In this document: one piece after another, positions 27,976 to 36,299 of the stretch
Position numbering within the stretch: position 1 is the first letter of the stretch
Layout of the letters: each line of letters begins with the position of its first letter
IMG/VR virus record: IMGVR_UViG_3300017967_000018
Coordinates: 1-63,869 of that record
Length of the DNA: 63,869 nucleotides
Strand: one strand, 5' to 3'
From: a virus
Lineage: Duplodnaviria > Caudoviricetes
The notes under the pieces: generated by a model
Database searches by the model: none
What the model was told of the DNA's origin: nothing
What the model saw: only the letters and a program-made list of their open reading frames with translations
Made by a program: the position numbers and the translations under genes

Positions 27976-28050
27976 GCTGGGCTAGCCCAATTGGCAGGAG
28001 GCGACAGTTTTAGGTACTGTACAGTGTGGGTTCGAATCCCTCGCCCAGTA
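27976..28050 (+). tRNA. tRNA-Leu(TAG), short variable loop, no encoded CCA
   Basis: GCTGGGC/GCCCAGT acceptor stem, ACAGT-TTTAGGT-ACTGT anticodon arm, GGTTCGAATCC T-arm, A73. Confidence 0.9.
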
Positions 28051-28055
28051 TTCTC

Positions 28056-28084
28056 TTGACAAATTATTAATTGCAGGATATAAT
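28056..28084 (+). promoter_or_regulatory. Sigma70-type promoter
   Basis: TTGACA-N17-TATAAT. Confidence 0.9.
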
Positions 28085-28108
28085 CTAGTTTCAATCGAAA
28101 GGAAGACT

Positions 28109-28243
28109 ATGACAAAAGGCAATAAAAAAGCTCAAGATCGTAGACTGCAACGCCACCGAGAAAAAAATAGTACAGCCAAAGACGATAAACTAATTGGCAA
28201 GTGTACCAAAAGATGCTGGGGCGCTGGCGTTGTTAAGAAATAA
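28109..28243 (+). CDS. 44-aa basic protein (MTKGNKKAQDRRLQRHREK...)
   Basis: Own consensus promoter and SD AAGGA. Confidence 0.6.
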   Translation: MTKGNKKAQDRRLQRHREKNSTAKDDKLIGKCTKRCWGAGVVKK

Positions 28244-28246
28244 TAC

Positions 28247-28275
28247 TTGACAAGACATCTCCATTGTGATATACT
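28247..28275 (+). promoter_or_regulatory. Sigma70-type promoter
   Basis: TTGACA-N17-TATACT. Confidence 0.8.
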
Positions 28276-28360
28276 ATCTCCATGAGACAATAATTCCACT
28301 AGGAGATAGATATGTTATTTTTATCCGAACTATGCAACAGAATTAATAGGGAATATTACC

Positions 28361-28741
28361 ATGGCCGATATGCATCCCAATAGATATGAGACTGAACCTT
28401 CTCTAACAGTAAGGCAAAAGCTTCTGAAAGAGATATCTTCGCTTAGCGAAGAACTTAAAAAGTCACAGTTGCAAGAAATTTCTACGACAGCTCAACTTCA
28501 GTCTGTGCTTGAAGAGCTTGACGCAGAAAGGGCCAAAGTCAAACTGCTTGTGGAAGCAGTTCAAAAACAGTCCTTATCAGTTTATGAATATAATAAGGGC
28601 AACGCCGACCCGCAGGTTCCACAGGAAATTGTTGAGAATTTACTTTTCGACAATATGGTGGTTGCTAGCGAATCTTTGTTCCTCCTTGCCGATAGATTTT
28701 CCGAAGATATTAGACAAGGAAAAAGGAACAAAGAAAAATGA
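28361..28741 (+). CDS. Hypothetical coiled-coil protein
   Basis: 126-aa ORF coupled to the epimerase gene. Confidence 0.65.
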   Translation: MADMHPNRYETEPSLTVRQKLLKEISSLSEELKKSQLQEISTTAQLQSVLEELDAERAKVKLLVEAVQKQSLSVYEYNKGNADPQVPQEIVENLLFDNMVVASESLFLLADRFSEDIRQGKRNKEK

Positions 28742-29673
28742 AAGCATTAGTTACAGGCGGTGCAGGTTTTATTGGTTCACAATTAACCAATAAACTATTA
28801 GAGTTGGGACATGAAGTTTTTGTCATGGATGATTTGTCCAATGGCTCATTAGATAATATTCCTAATTTGCCCGAAGAAAATTTTTATCATAGAAGTATAA
28901 TTACTCCTTGTGAGAGCATTTTTAGCATTGAGAAATTTGATACAGTTTTCCATTTAGCAGCACTTCCTAGAGTACAATTCTCTATTGCCTATCCTATTGA
29001 TTCTAATACCGCCAATATTCATGGCACACTTAATATCTTAGATACAGCAAGAAGACATGGAGTAAAAAGATTTGTTTATTCTTCTAGTTCATCTGCGTAT
29101 GGCGATCAACCCACGCTTCCCTTGAAAGAAGATATGAAACCTAATCCTCTGTCTCCATACGCTCTGCAAAAGCTGACAGGTGAGCAGTATGCTGTAATGT
29201 ACAATGACATTCATGGTATTGAAACAGTCAGCTTAAGATACTTCAATGTATATGGGCCTACCCAAAAAGCTGATTCTGCTTATGCCGCTGCCATTCCTAA
29301 ATTTACTCAGCAGGCATTAAAAGGTCAAAAAATTACTATTTTTGGCGATGGATCACAAACTCGTGATTTTACTATGGTTGATGACGTTGTTAATGCCAAT
29401 ATTCAGGCTGCAACAATAAAGGCAGAAGAATATGGTAAGGTTGTAAATGTCGGATGCGGCAATCAAACTTCAGTTAATCAAATTGTAGACAAAATTGAAG
29501 AAATTCTAGGGATTGAGCTAAAAAGAGAGCATTTGCCTCCTGTTGTTGAATCTAAGCATACAAGGGCAGATATATCTGTGCTAAAAGAATATTTGCAATA
29601 TGTTCCTAAGGTTAGTTTTGACGAAGGCATTAAAATTACCGTAGAAGGCATAAAAGAAAAATTTGACTTTTGA
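28738..29673 (+). CDS. NAD-dependent nucleotide-sugar epimerase/dehydratase (GalE/WbpP-like extended SDR)
   Basis: TGGAGFIGS, HLAA, YxxxK (YALQK), LRYFNVYGP, GDGSQTRDF. Confidence 0.93.
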   Translation: MKALVTGGAGFIGSQLTNKLLELGHEVFVMDDLSNGSLDNIPNLPEENFYHRSIITPCESIFSIEKFDTVFHLAALPRVQFSIAYPIDSNTANIHGTLNILDTARRHGVKRFVYSSSSSAYGDQPTLPLKEDMKPNPLSPYALQKLTGEQYAVMYNDIHGIETVSLRYFNVYGPTQKADSAYAAAIPKFTQQALKGQKITIFGDGSQTRDFTMVDDVVNANIQAATIKAEEYGKVVNVGCGNQTSVNQIVDKIEEILGIELKREHLPPVVESKHTRADISVLKEYLQYVPKVSFDEGIKITVEGIKEKFDF

Positions 29674-29690
29674 AAAGAACAAGATATAAT
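29663..29690 (+). promoter_or_regulatory. Sigma70-type promoter for tRNA-Leu(AAG)
   Basis: TTGACT-N16-TATAAT. Confidence 0.75.
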
Positions 29691-29701
29691 ACAATGTTCA
29701 T

Positions 29702-29785
29702 GCTCAGGTGGCGGAATCGGCATACGCGCTAGTTTAAGGTACTAGTTTCCGAAAGGAATTGAGGGTTCGAGTCCCTCTCTGAGTA
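29702..29785 (+). tRNA. tRNA-Leu(AAG), long variable arm, no encoded CCA
   Basis: GCTCAGG/TCTGAGT acceptor stem; CTAGT-TTAAGGT-ACTAG anticodon arm; TTCC-GAAA-GGAA variable arm; GAGGG-TTCGAGT-CCCTC; A73. Confidence 0.92.
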
Positions 29786-29851
29786 TTAAAATTTACTAAC
29801 AAGAAATAAGGCCTTTAATCGGGCTTTATTTAATTTTTAAGGAGAATTAAC

Positions 29852-30184
29852 ATGAGTTGGGCAGAAAGAGCAAAAGAAGTCTTACAAAGAGGCGAAAAAA
29901 CAGTTATTTATTCAAAGTTTGATTCTATTAATAATAGAATTAGTGCAGGTGACGCAGTTCATTTGCGTCCAGTAAGAAAGAAATTTCCTAAAGAAAATGA
30001 TTTAGTCCTAGTAAATATTTTAGGAAAAGATTATTTTGGAGAAGTTGCAAGAGTAGAAAGAACAAGATATTACGTTGGAAATGTAGAGAAAAACAAGCTC
30101 TACTGGGTCCCAGCGGCAAATATTTTTGGAATTGTAACAAATGTTGATAAAAGTGATAAATCAACTTCTACAATAATAAGGTAA
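29852..30184 (+). CDS. Hypothetical protein, S24/S26 peptidase-like fold apparently lacking catalytic residues
   Basis: RISAGD.V.L.P...DLVLV...IFGIVT pattern; SD AAGGAG. Confidence 0.5.
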   Translation: MSWAERAKEVLQRGEKTVIYSKFDSINNRISAGDAVHLRPVRKKFPKENDLVLVNILGKDYFGEVARVERTRYYVGNVEKNKLYWVPAANIFGIVTNVDKSDKSTSTIIR

Positions 30185-30221
30185 TTTAATTAACCCCCAT
30201 ATTCTTATAAGGAGCATAAAC

Positions 30222-30437
30222 ATGAGGATTACAAAGAGAGTTGCAAACGTCAAGGGTCACACAACTGGTTTTATCGTCAACAACAACAAGCGAATGACTC
30301 GCGGAGAGGTAGCTAAGCTAGCTCGTCGTGGCAAGATTGCTAACGCAGTCGCTCGCAAGGGTCGTGACGGTTGGTATGTTCAAGCCCCAGCGGGTTCTGA
30401 TCGCACTCTTTACGACCTACCAGTCGTAACCAGATGA
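30222..30437 (+). CDS. DUF3892-like small basic protein
   Basis: MRITK......G...GKI.N.....G..YV.....LYDLP pattern; SD AAGGAG. Confidence 0.55.
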   Translation: MRITKRVANVKGHTTGFIVNNNKRMTRGEVAKLARRGKIANAVARKGRDGWYVQAPAGSDRTLYDLPVVTR

Positions 30438-30460
30438 GATCTGAGAAACTAGACGGAATT

Positions 30461-30491
30461 AGCAGGCTTAATAGCCTGCTTTTCTTTTTTT
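30461..30491 (+). terminator. Intrinsic terminator
   Basis: AGCAGGCT-TAAT-AGCCTGCT followed by a T-run. Confidence 0.85.
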
Positions 30492-30510
30492 ATAATTTAG
30501 GTAGTTACTA

Positions 30511-30972
30511 TTGTACTCATTAATAACTGGAAATTTATTAGAACACAATGCTCAATACATTGCTCATCAATGTAATTGTGTTTCTAGCGGCTCTGCTGGA
30601 CTAGCTAGAGCCATATATGGCAAGTATCCATATTCTAACATTTATGCTACTAGAAAAGAACCTAGTAAAATGGGATCGATAGACATAGCAGGTAATGGCG
30701 AAGATAAAAGATATGTCATTAATATGTTTAGTCAATATTATCCTGGTAAATGCAAGTATCCTGGAAACATAGACAACGCCTATTTAAGGGCCAACGCATT
30801 TCAGAGTTGTTTAAATAAAATATCAAAAATTGACAATCTAGAAAGCATTGCATTTCCTTATGAGATAGGATGCGGCTTGGCAGGTGGAGACTGGAAAGAA
30901 TATGAAAAAATGATTTCAGACTTCGCAAAGAATAACTTTTTAACCGATGTATATGTAGTGAGGTTGCCATGA
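30511..30972 (+). CDS. Macrodomain protein (Poa1p/TARG1/DarG-like ADP-ribose hydrolase)
   Basis: GNLL, IAHQCNC....AGLA, VINMFSQ, IAFPYEIGCGLAGGDW. Confidence 0.9.
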   Translation: MYSLITGNLLEHNAQYIAHQCNCVSSGSAGLARAIYGKYPYSNIYATRKEPSKMGSIDIAGNGEDKRYVINMFSQYYPGKCKYPGNIDNAYLRANAFQSCLNKISKIDNLESIAFPYEIGCGLAGGDWKEYEKMISDFAKNNFLTDVYVVRLP

Positions 30973-31253
30973 GAATAGAAACTGGAGCAGTACAATTTGG
31001 AGATGACTGGCCATGCGTATCTATTCGTGGCGACAACGCCATGTGGTATAATATGCAATTAGAATTGCTACTTAATAAAGTTGAAGAAACAGAATTGGCA
31101 AAAGATTACGCTATGGTAATTTCTACACTAAGAGGTCTACAGGGCACTTTGTCTGGTTGCAATGCAAGATCAGTAGATCAGGGCAAATCAGAATGTCAAT
31201 TTTTAAAACCATTTGAAGAGTGTGTAAAACCTCAGGAGAAAAATAATGAGTAA
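30969..31253 (+). CDS. Hypothetical protein
   Basis: Coupled ORF. Confidence 0.65.
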   Translation: MRIETGAVQFGDDWPCVSIRGDNAMWYNMQLELLLNKVEETELAKDYAMVISTLRGLQGTLSGCNARSVDQGKSECQFLKPFEECVKPQEKNNE

Positions 31254-31452
31254 AATAGACGGTGTTCGTTTTGGAAGAAGAGATAAGCAAGACAGGATTA
31301 GAGTAATTATTGCCAAAAATACCCAATTAAACATAAATGGTGTAGATGTTACTTTTAAAGACTCTGCCGTAGTTTTCGTAGATTCTCACGAAGATGCCAG
31401 TAAATTATTAGGTGTTGAAGAAGAAAAATCCGAAGAAGGAGTTGACAAATAG
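31246..31452 (+). CDS. Hypothetical protein
   Basis: SD AGGAG. Confidence 0.65.
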   Translation: MSKIDGVRFGRRDKQDRIRVIIAKNTQLNINGVDVTFKDSAVVFVDSHEDASKLLGVEEEKSEEGVDK

Positions 31453-31474
31453 GGCTAGAAATAGCCCTTTTTAT
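31450..31474. terminator. Terminator between convergent genes
   Basis: AGGGCTA-GAAA-TAGCCCT-TTTT. Confidence 0.8.
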
Positions 31475-32517
31475 CTTTCTTGGAGTGGACCTTCTGGCCC
31501 ATATATGTATTCCAATATACTCATTGGAAGGCCGTACTGCCTTAAAAGGTCTGGGACGTTTCTTCGAGGAATATTTTTAGTTATTATGTAATGATAAACA
31601 AGCTGAGAAGCGTTTTTTTCCATTCTAGGAATGATACCTCTGATTCCAAGCTCTTCTGCATTTATATACTGTTGATGGTTCAGGTATTCTTTCGCAGCTT
31701 CCATCCACTGGCCTTGCATGATTAAGTCAGATGCTAAGGGCCCTAAATCTCCTCTGAACACGGCGTCAACAGCCATGTGCTGAATATGTTCAGGTTGTTG
31801 ATCTAAGTTTGGAATAAGATTTCTGGCTCTTGGAACGTGTTTTTCAATATCATATCTTGCTAATTGTTGCACTTGTTCTTCTGTTAGTTCTGTTTTTCCG
31901 TAATATATATCATCCCAGTTTACAGAATCACCAAATAGTTCTTGGAACACCCTTCTACTTCTAGGTGCGTGATTGTCCGTGTCTGTAGGATTAGCACCCA
32001 TAGCGTGACCTATTCCAACTGTAATAACCCCTTTTCTGGGGCCTCCGTTATATTCTCGTCCTGTTCTATCGTCGTAGGCATGAGTCCAGCTACCTTCTCT
32101 TTCTTCTAGAGTATCTATGTAAATTTCATAATAATCTTTCTTTTTTTCGTTTGCGTTTTCAGGAGGCTCCCCTGCTTCTTCTGGATTTGCCTCTGCCTGT
32201 TCTTCTTCTTCTGGAGTTGGTCGTGTTGGTGCTGGTTGAGCTACTTCTGTTCCGTCTGGGTTTTCCGAAACTTCGGAAGGATTCTGTTGCATAAGCTGTT
32301 GCGGGTCGCCACCTTGATTTCTGACTTCTTCTTCTAACGCTTGAATTACGGCCTGATCATCCCCATTTAACTGAGAATGCATTTGTTGCAATTCTATCTC
32401 GCTCATACCCAGCCATAGAGCTAGTCCAACGGCAGCACCAAAACCCACTCCCTTTTGGAACTTATCCCAATTCCAAGCTTCTTTTTGAATCTTAGATTGT
32501 TGTTTATACCAGTTCAA
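31471..32517 (-). CDS. T4-lysozyme-like (GH24) muramidase with WYK leader and an N-terminal hydrophobic helix
   Basis: LEEREG....AYDD...ITVGIGH catalytic signature; GQW.EAAKEYL...R C-lobe; leader [M/L]NWYK...KEA|W. Confidence 0.7.
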   Translation of the reverse strand: MNWYKQQSKIQKEAWNWDKFQKGVGFGAAVGLALWLGMSEIELQQMHSQLNGDDQAVIQALEEEVRNQGGDPQQLMQQNPSEVSENPDGTEVAQPAPTRPTPEEEEQAEANPEEAGEPPENANEKKKDYYEIYIDTLEEREGSWTHAYDDRTGREYNGGPRKGVITVGIGHAMGANPTDTDNHAPRSRRVFQELFGDSVNWDDIYYGKTELTEEQVQQLARYDIEKHVPRARNLIPNLDQQPEHIQHMAVDAVFRGDLGPLASDLIMQGQWMEAAKEYLNHQQYINAEELGIRGIIPRMEKNASQLVYHYIITKNIPRRNVPDLLRQYGLPMSILEYIYGPEGPLQER

Positions 32518-32777
32518 GTCATAGCCTCTTGTTTTTCAATTATTTGCTCTTTACTAGATCGCATTTTTTCAAGCTCTTGTTTAACATATTCTTCAAGTTT
32601 TTTCATAACAGCTTTTTCGTCACCTTTTTTTATTTGCCAAAGATATTCCAACTGCGATTCTGTTATTCCTGATATTTGTGCCAAACTTTTTATGTACTCC
32701 CACATCTCACCTTTGTTTGAAGCTAAAAAATCCTTATATCTTAATTGGGCTTGAGTATGTCTTTTATACCAATTCAT
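32514..32777 (-). CDS. Hypothetical protein with WYK leader (MNWYKRHTQA|Q)
   Basis: Coupled ORF. Confidence 0.7.
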   Translation of the reverse strand: MNWYKRHTQAQLRYKDFLASNKGEMWEYIKSLAQISGITESQLEYLWQIKKGDEKAVMKKLEEYVKQELEKMRSSKEQIIEKQEAMT

Positions 32778-34033
32778 TAAAACACCTTTATATCAAAATC
32801 ATCACCAAATTCATTCGTCAATTGCCTAATTAAAACTTTTGGAACATCAGATATATCAAATTTTCTTCTGTCTCCAGGTTTTCTTCTAGCCACAACACTT
32901 ATTAGTTCTTGATTTGGGTCGTACCATCCTCTAAAATATTCATTACTTCCATCTATCCATGTATTTTTCATTAAATGTGGCCAATTCATATTGTGTGTTC
33001 CGCCCACTGCTGTATCAAGATGTCCATTGGCGAATATCCAACAAATTCCAGGTTCTGGTTCTTCGCCTTCAGCATAGTCTCCTTCGTGAAAATCATGCTG
33101 ACCAATAGAAAAATATTGGTCAGCCTCGAACATTTCGTCACCTTCACGACCTTCATCGTAGTGTTCTCTACTGACATCTTCATAATATCTTATAGCTTTT
33201 TTGTACCAGCTAGCATAACGAGGACGATATCCTTTATCTATGCCTGCACTTGTATCATACTCTCTTAACTTAGCTGGGTTTCCATGCTCAATAGCTTGAT
33301 AGGGAACATTCATGTAGTATTTCGCAGGATTCCGAACTTCTATATTATAAAGAGCCTTTTCAGCTTCTTCGTTATATGCATCCCACAATCCAGAAGCTAT
33401 AGATTGCAAATCTCCTCTGCTCAAAGTCCAAGTCTCAACATGTTTGCCTTCAACTCTTTTCCATCCATAGTTTTTCATCCCATACAATCTTGGATCACCC
33501 TGACCATTTGCAATCATTAAAAGTTCTGGATCACCGCCCATTTCTTTGATTTCTTCTTCTATTAATTCATCGGCATAATAATCTGGGTCTTGCTTCATCT
33601 CAAATAGTCTATATTCTTCGCCCTCTGGATCGTCCCCTTCATAATATCCCCCTTTAAGGTTGTCTGCCTTTTCTTCGATCAGTTCAAGGGCCTTTTGTCT
33701 TTTCCAATCTTCCCAGTCCCAAACTTCATCGTCTGCCAACTGGCTTTGAGCTTGTTGAATGACATATGCTTCGTGATTCATATCGCCTACATTGCCATCA
33801 GCAAAATAAGCAGACCCATCTTGAATCCACCATTCTCCGTTGAGTTGTGCTTTTTTAACTAAATTTTTTGAGGAAAAACGCTTGTTCCTACTAAAAAAAT
33901 CTGAATTAGTTTCAGAAAAACTAGATTTCCCCTCAAAAGATGAGCCCTCAGATCGATCCTTGTGTTCTTCTGAGTGAGCAAAGTCCACATAGGTTGGACC
34001 ATATTCAGTATTTCCCTTATACCAGTTAGCCAT
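32777..34033 (-). CDS. Modular polyprotein with WYK leader, VKKA|Q site and internal SWYKKA
   Basis: Start reassigned to MANWYK at 34033; last module homologous to 4853..5176. Confidence 0.75.
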   Translation of the reverse strand: MANWYKGNTEYGPTYVDFAHSEEHKDRSEGSSFEGKSSFSETNSDFFSRNKRFSSKNLVKKAQLNGEWWIQDGSAYFADGNVGDMNHEAYVIQQAQSQLADDEVWDWEDWKRQKALELIEEKADNLKGGYYEGDDPEGEEYRLFEMKQDPDYYADELIEEEIKEMGGDPELLMIANGQGDPRLYGMKNYGWKRVEGKHVETWTLSRGDLQSIASGLWDAYNEEAEKALYNIEVRNPAKYYMNVPYQAIEHGNPAKLREYDTSAGIDKGYRPRYASWYKKAIRYYEDVSREHYDEGREGDEMFEADQYFSIGQHDFHEGDYAEGEEPEPGICWIFANGHLDTAVGGTHNMNWPHLMKNTWIDGSNEYFRGWYDPNQELISVVARRKPGDRRKFDISDVPKVLIRQLTNEFGDDFDIKVF

Positions 34034-34067
34034 ATAAATAAATTGCAATTTTATTGCTGATATCCTT

Positions 34068-34598
34068 TTAGCAAATCTCAAATATGTATTTGTAGTGTTG
34101 TCTGGCTAAAATTGGGAAAAACCACTTTTTAGCGTCTTTCAAGCTCTGTTTAGTTTTTTTACTTTTTTTCATTAAATCATAATTGTGAAAAATCAGAGTA
34201 TCTACATTTTCTCTCTTCTTTAAATCACTTGATGAAACAGAAGTAATTAATATGTCACTATGTTCTCTCATGTCACTATCAATCTGCAATTCAAGAGTTC
34301 GTGCCATTTGTAAGTTTGGGCATAAAACAACTGTATTTGAATAATAAGCTACTTCACTTTCTATAAATTGAGCTAAACCCCGATCCCATCCAGCCTGCCT
34401 TGGGCCTCCAATCTTAATCTTGCAAATTTCATTTAATGCTGATTTAGCATCGTAATGCCTCAACTCATCTTGCATAAAAGTTGAATAGCGATAAAGTTGA
34501 GTTAAAGTAGAATAAATTACATGCCCACAAACTGGTCTGCTGTGTTGTTCTTTTCTCATTTTTACATTTTGTGAATATTCTTTAGAATATGCTTGCAT
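34068..34598 (-). CDS. Hypothetical protein
   Basis: SD AGGAG. Confidence 0.65.
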   Translation of the reverse strand: MQAYSKEYSQNVKMRKEQHSRPVCGHVIYSTLTQLYRYSTFMQDELRHYDAKSALNEICKIKIGGPRQAGWDRGLAQFIESEVAYYSNTVVLCPNLQMARTLELQIDSDMREHSDILITSVSSSDLKKRENVDTLIFHNYDLMKKSKKTKQSLKDAKKWFFPILARQHYKYIFEIC

Positions 34599-34672
34599 AG
34601 GAACGTCTCCTGTTGTTGGGGAATAAACGCCTTATTCCGATAATAATTAAGTCGGTTTAATGGAGAAATATT

Positions 34673-35038
34673 ATGTTCAGCTATTTTTTTATTGTAGTTT
34701 TACTAGCTGTATCTTTGGCTATATTAACTATTCAAAAAGGTCATGAATGGCCCATTAAAAAACCTCGAATTTATTTGCAATTATTAATGCGTAAAATACA
34801 TTGGAAATTGCCCCAGGCTCTGTATTGCGTGGTTTGTGCAAGTTTTTGGTTTGGATTAATTTCAGATTTAATGATGTTAGGTTTATCATTTTTATGGTAT
34901 TTTATTAATTCGCCCGAAAATTATACCTTTTATTGGTTCTGGCCTGTTTCTGGGTTTGTGGCTGCAGGAATTTCATGGACAATCTATGAAGTAATAAATG
35001 CTCTTGATGGCGATCCTGTCATCAACATAAACAATTAA
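34673..35038 (+). CDS. Multi-TM membrane protein with CxxC-S-x-W (DUF1360-like); possible lysis accessory
   Basis: Three hydrophobic helices; YCVVCASFWFG. Confidence 0.55.
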   Translation: MFSYFFIVVLLAVSLAILTIQKGHEWPIKKPRIYLQLLMRKIHWKLPQALYCVVCASFWFGLISDLMMLGLSFLWYFINSPENYTFYWFWPVSGFVAAGISWTIYEVINALDGDPVININN

Positions 35039-35050
35039 AGTAGGTTAGTC

Positions 35051-36160
35051 ATGAAAAAAAATACTGCATTGCTTATCGTATTAATGTTGGTCTTTGGTAG
35101 TTTTATTGGATGCAAAAACAAGCCAAGCTTTAACAATCCTAATAGCAATCCTGTTGTTGAATCTCTAGTCATTGAGAATGAGCAGATACATGAAAATGTG
35201 GATGAGTCCCAAGAGAAAATTGGGGAAGAAACAGAAAACATTGATGAACAAACACAAATCATTGAAGATAACATAACATCCATTAATACCAACTCTAATT
35301 CACTTAGGGGAAATCTAAATACATTAGAAGCGTTAATCTCTCAACTTAAAGGCAAAAATGTAGACAAGAGTGTAATCGACGCTCTTTACGACGCAGAAAT
35401 TTCTATTAGTGAGTCTGCGTCAACAATTGATAAAGCTAATGAGTCTATTAGGCAAAGCAATGAAGCGATTAAAGCCGAAAGGCAAGAGCTACAAAATGCA
35501 CTAAGAGATATAGAGCTAAATAATAAAAGAGCAGAAAGATTGCAAAAAGACTTGGATGCCAAAGACAATGTTATTGCTTCTCAAACAAAAAGAATAGATG
35601 AGTTAGAAGACGCAGCAGAACAGGCTAGCACAAAATATCTGGGCATGCTGATTGCATTTGGCGTTGTGATTATGGTGCTTGGAGTTTTAGGTTTCTTCTA
35701 TAATTTCAAGGTTGGATTGGCTATGCTTGGAATTGGTGGTATCACTGTTGCTGTCACCGCTGGAGTGATGTATTACATGGGATGGTTCGCAATTATAGGT
35801 CTTATTATAATGGGAGTAGGATTGCTTGGACTAATTGGGTATTTAGCATGGGCCATGATGAGAGGAAGAACATTTGCTAAAGCTACAGAAGAAAACGCCG
35901 AGCTTATCGAAACAATTAAGCAAGAACTTCCTGACACTAAAGCTTATGAGATTTTTGGAGACAGAATACGACCAGGGCTAGCCCATACAATGCAAAGTAA
36001 GTCTACTCAAAGAGAAATTGATAAAATTAGAAGAAGAGTTATTAAGCCTAAAATGGAAAACACTATTCCTCGCTCGCCTGCGGGTGGAGTTATCGTAAAA
36101 GATGGGGTGATATACCAGCCAGTTGCGCCAGCGCCATCTGCGGACCAAAATGGTCAGTAA
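35051..36160 (+). CDS. Lipoprotein with a long coiled coil and C-terminal TM helices (spanin-like topology)
   Basis: Signal MKK..hydrophobic..FIG|C; about 170-aa coiled coil; three Gly-rich TM segments. Confidence 0.6.
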   Translation: MKKNTALLIVLMLVFGSFIGCKNKPSFNNPNSNPVVESLVIENEQIHENVDESQEKIGEETENIDEQTQIIEDNITSINTNSNSLRGNLNTLEALISQLKGKNVDKSVIDALYDAEISISESASTIDKANESIRQSNEAIKAERQELQNALRDIELNNKRAERLQKDLDAKDNVIASQTKRIDELEDAAEQASTKYLGMLIAFGVVIMVLGVLGFFYNFKVGLAMLGIGGITVAVTAGVMYYMGWFAIIGLIIMGVGLLGLIGYLAWAMMRGRTFAKATEENAELIETIKQELPDTKAYEIFGDRIRPGLAHTMQSKSTQREIDKIRRRVIKPKMENTIPRSPAGGVIVKDGVIYQPVAPAPSADQNGQ

Positions 36161-36299
36161 GGTTGCCAAAATCTTTAATCTAAATTTTAAAATATAATTA
36201 AATTAAAAAAATCATTCAATTAAAGTGATAAAATTTCGTATTATTATGTGCGTTTGTACTACACCACGTTGTACACATATATATCACTAGGAGTTATTT

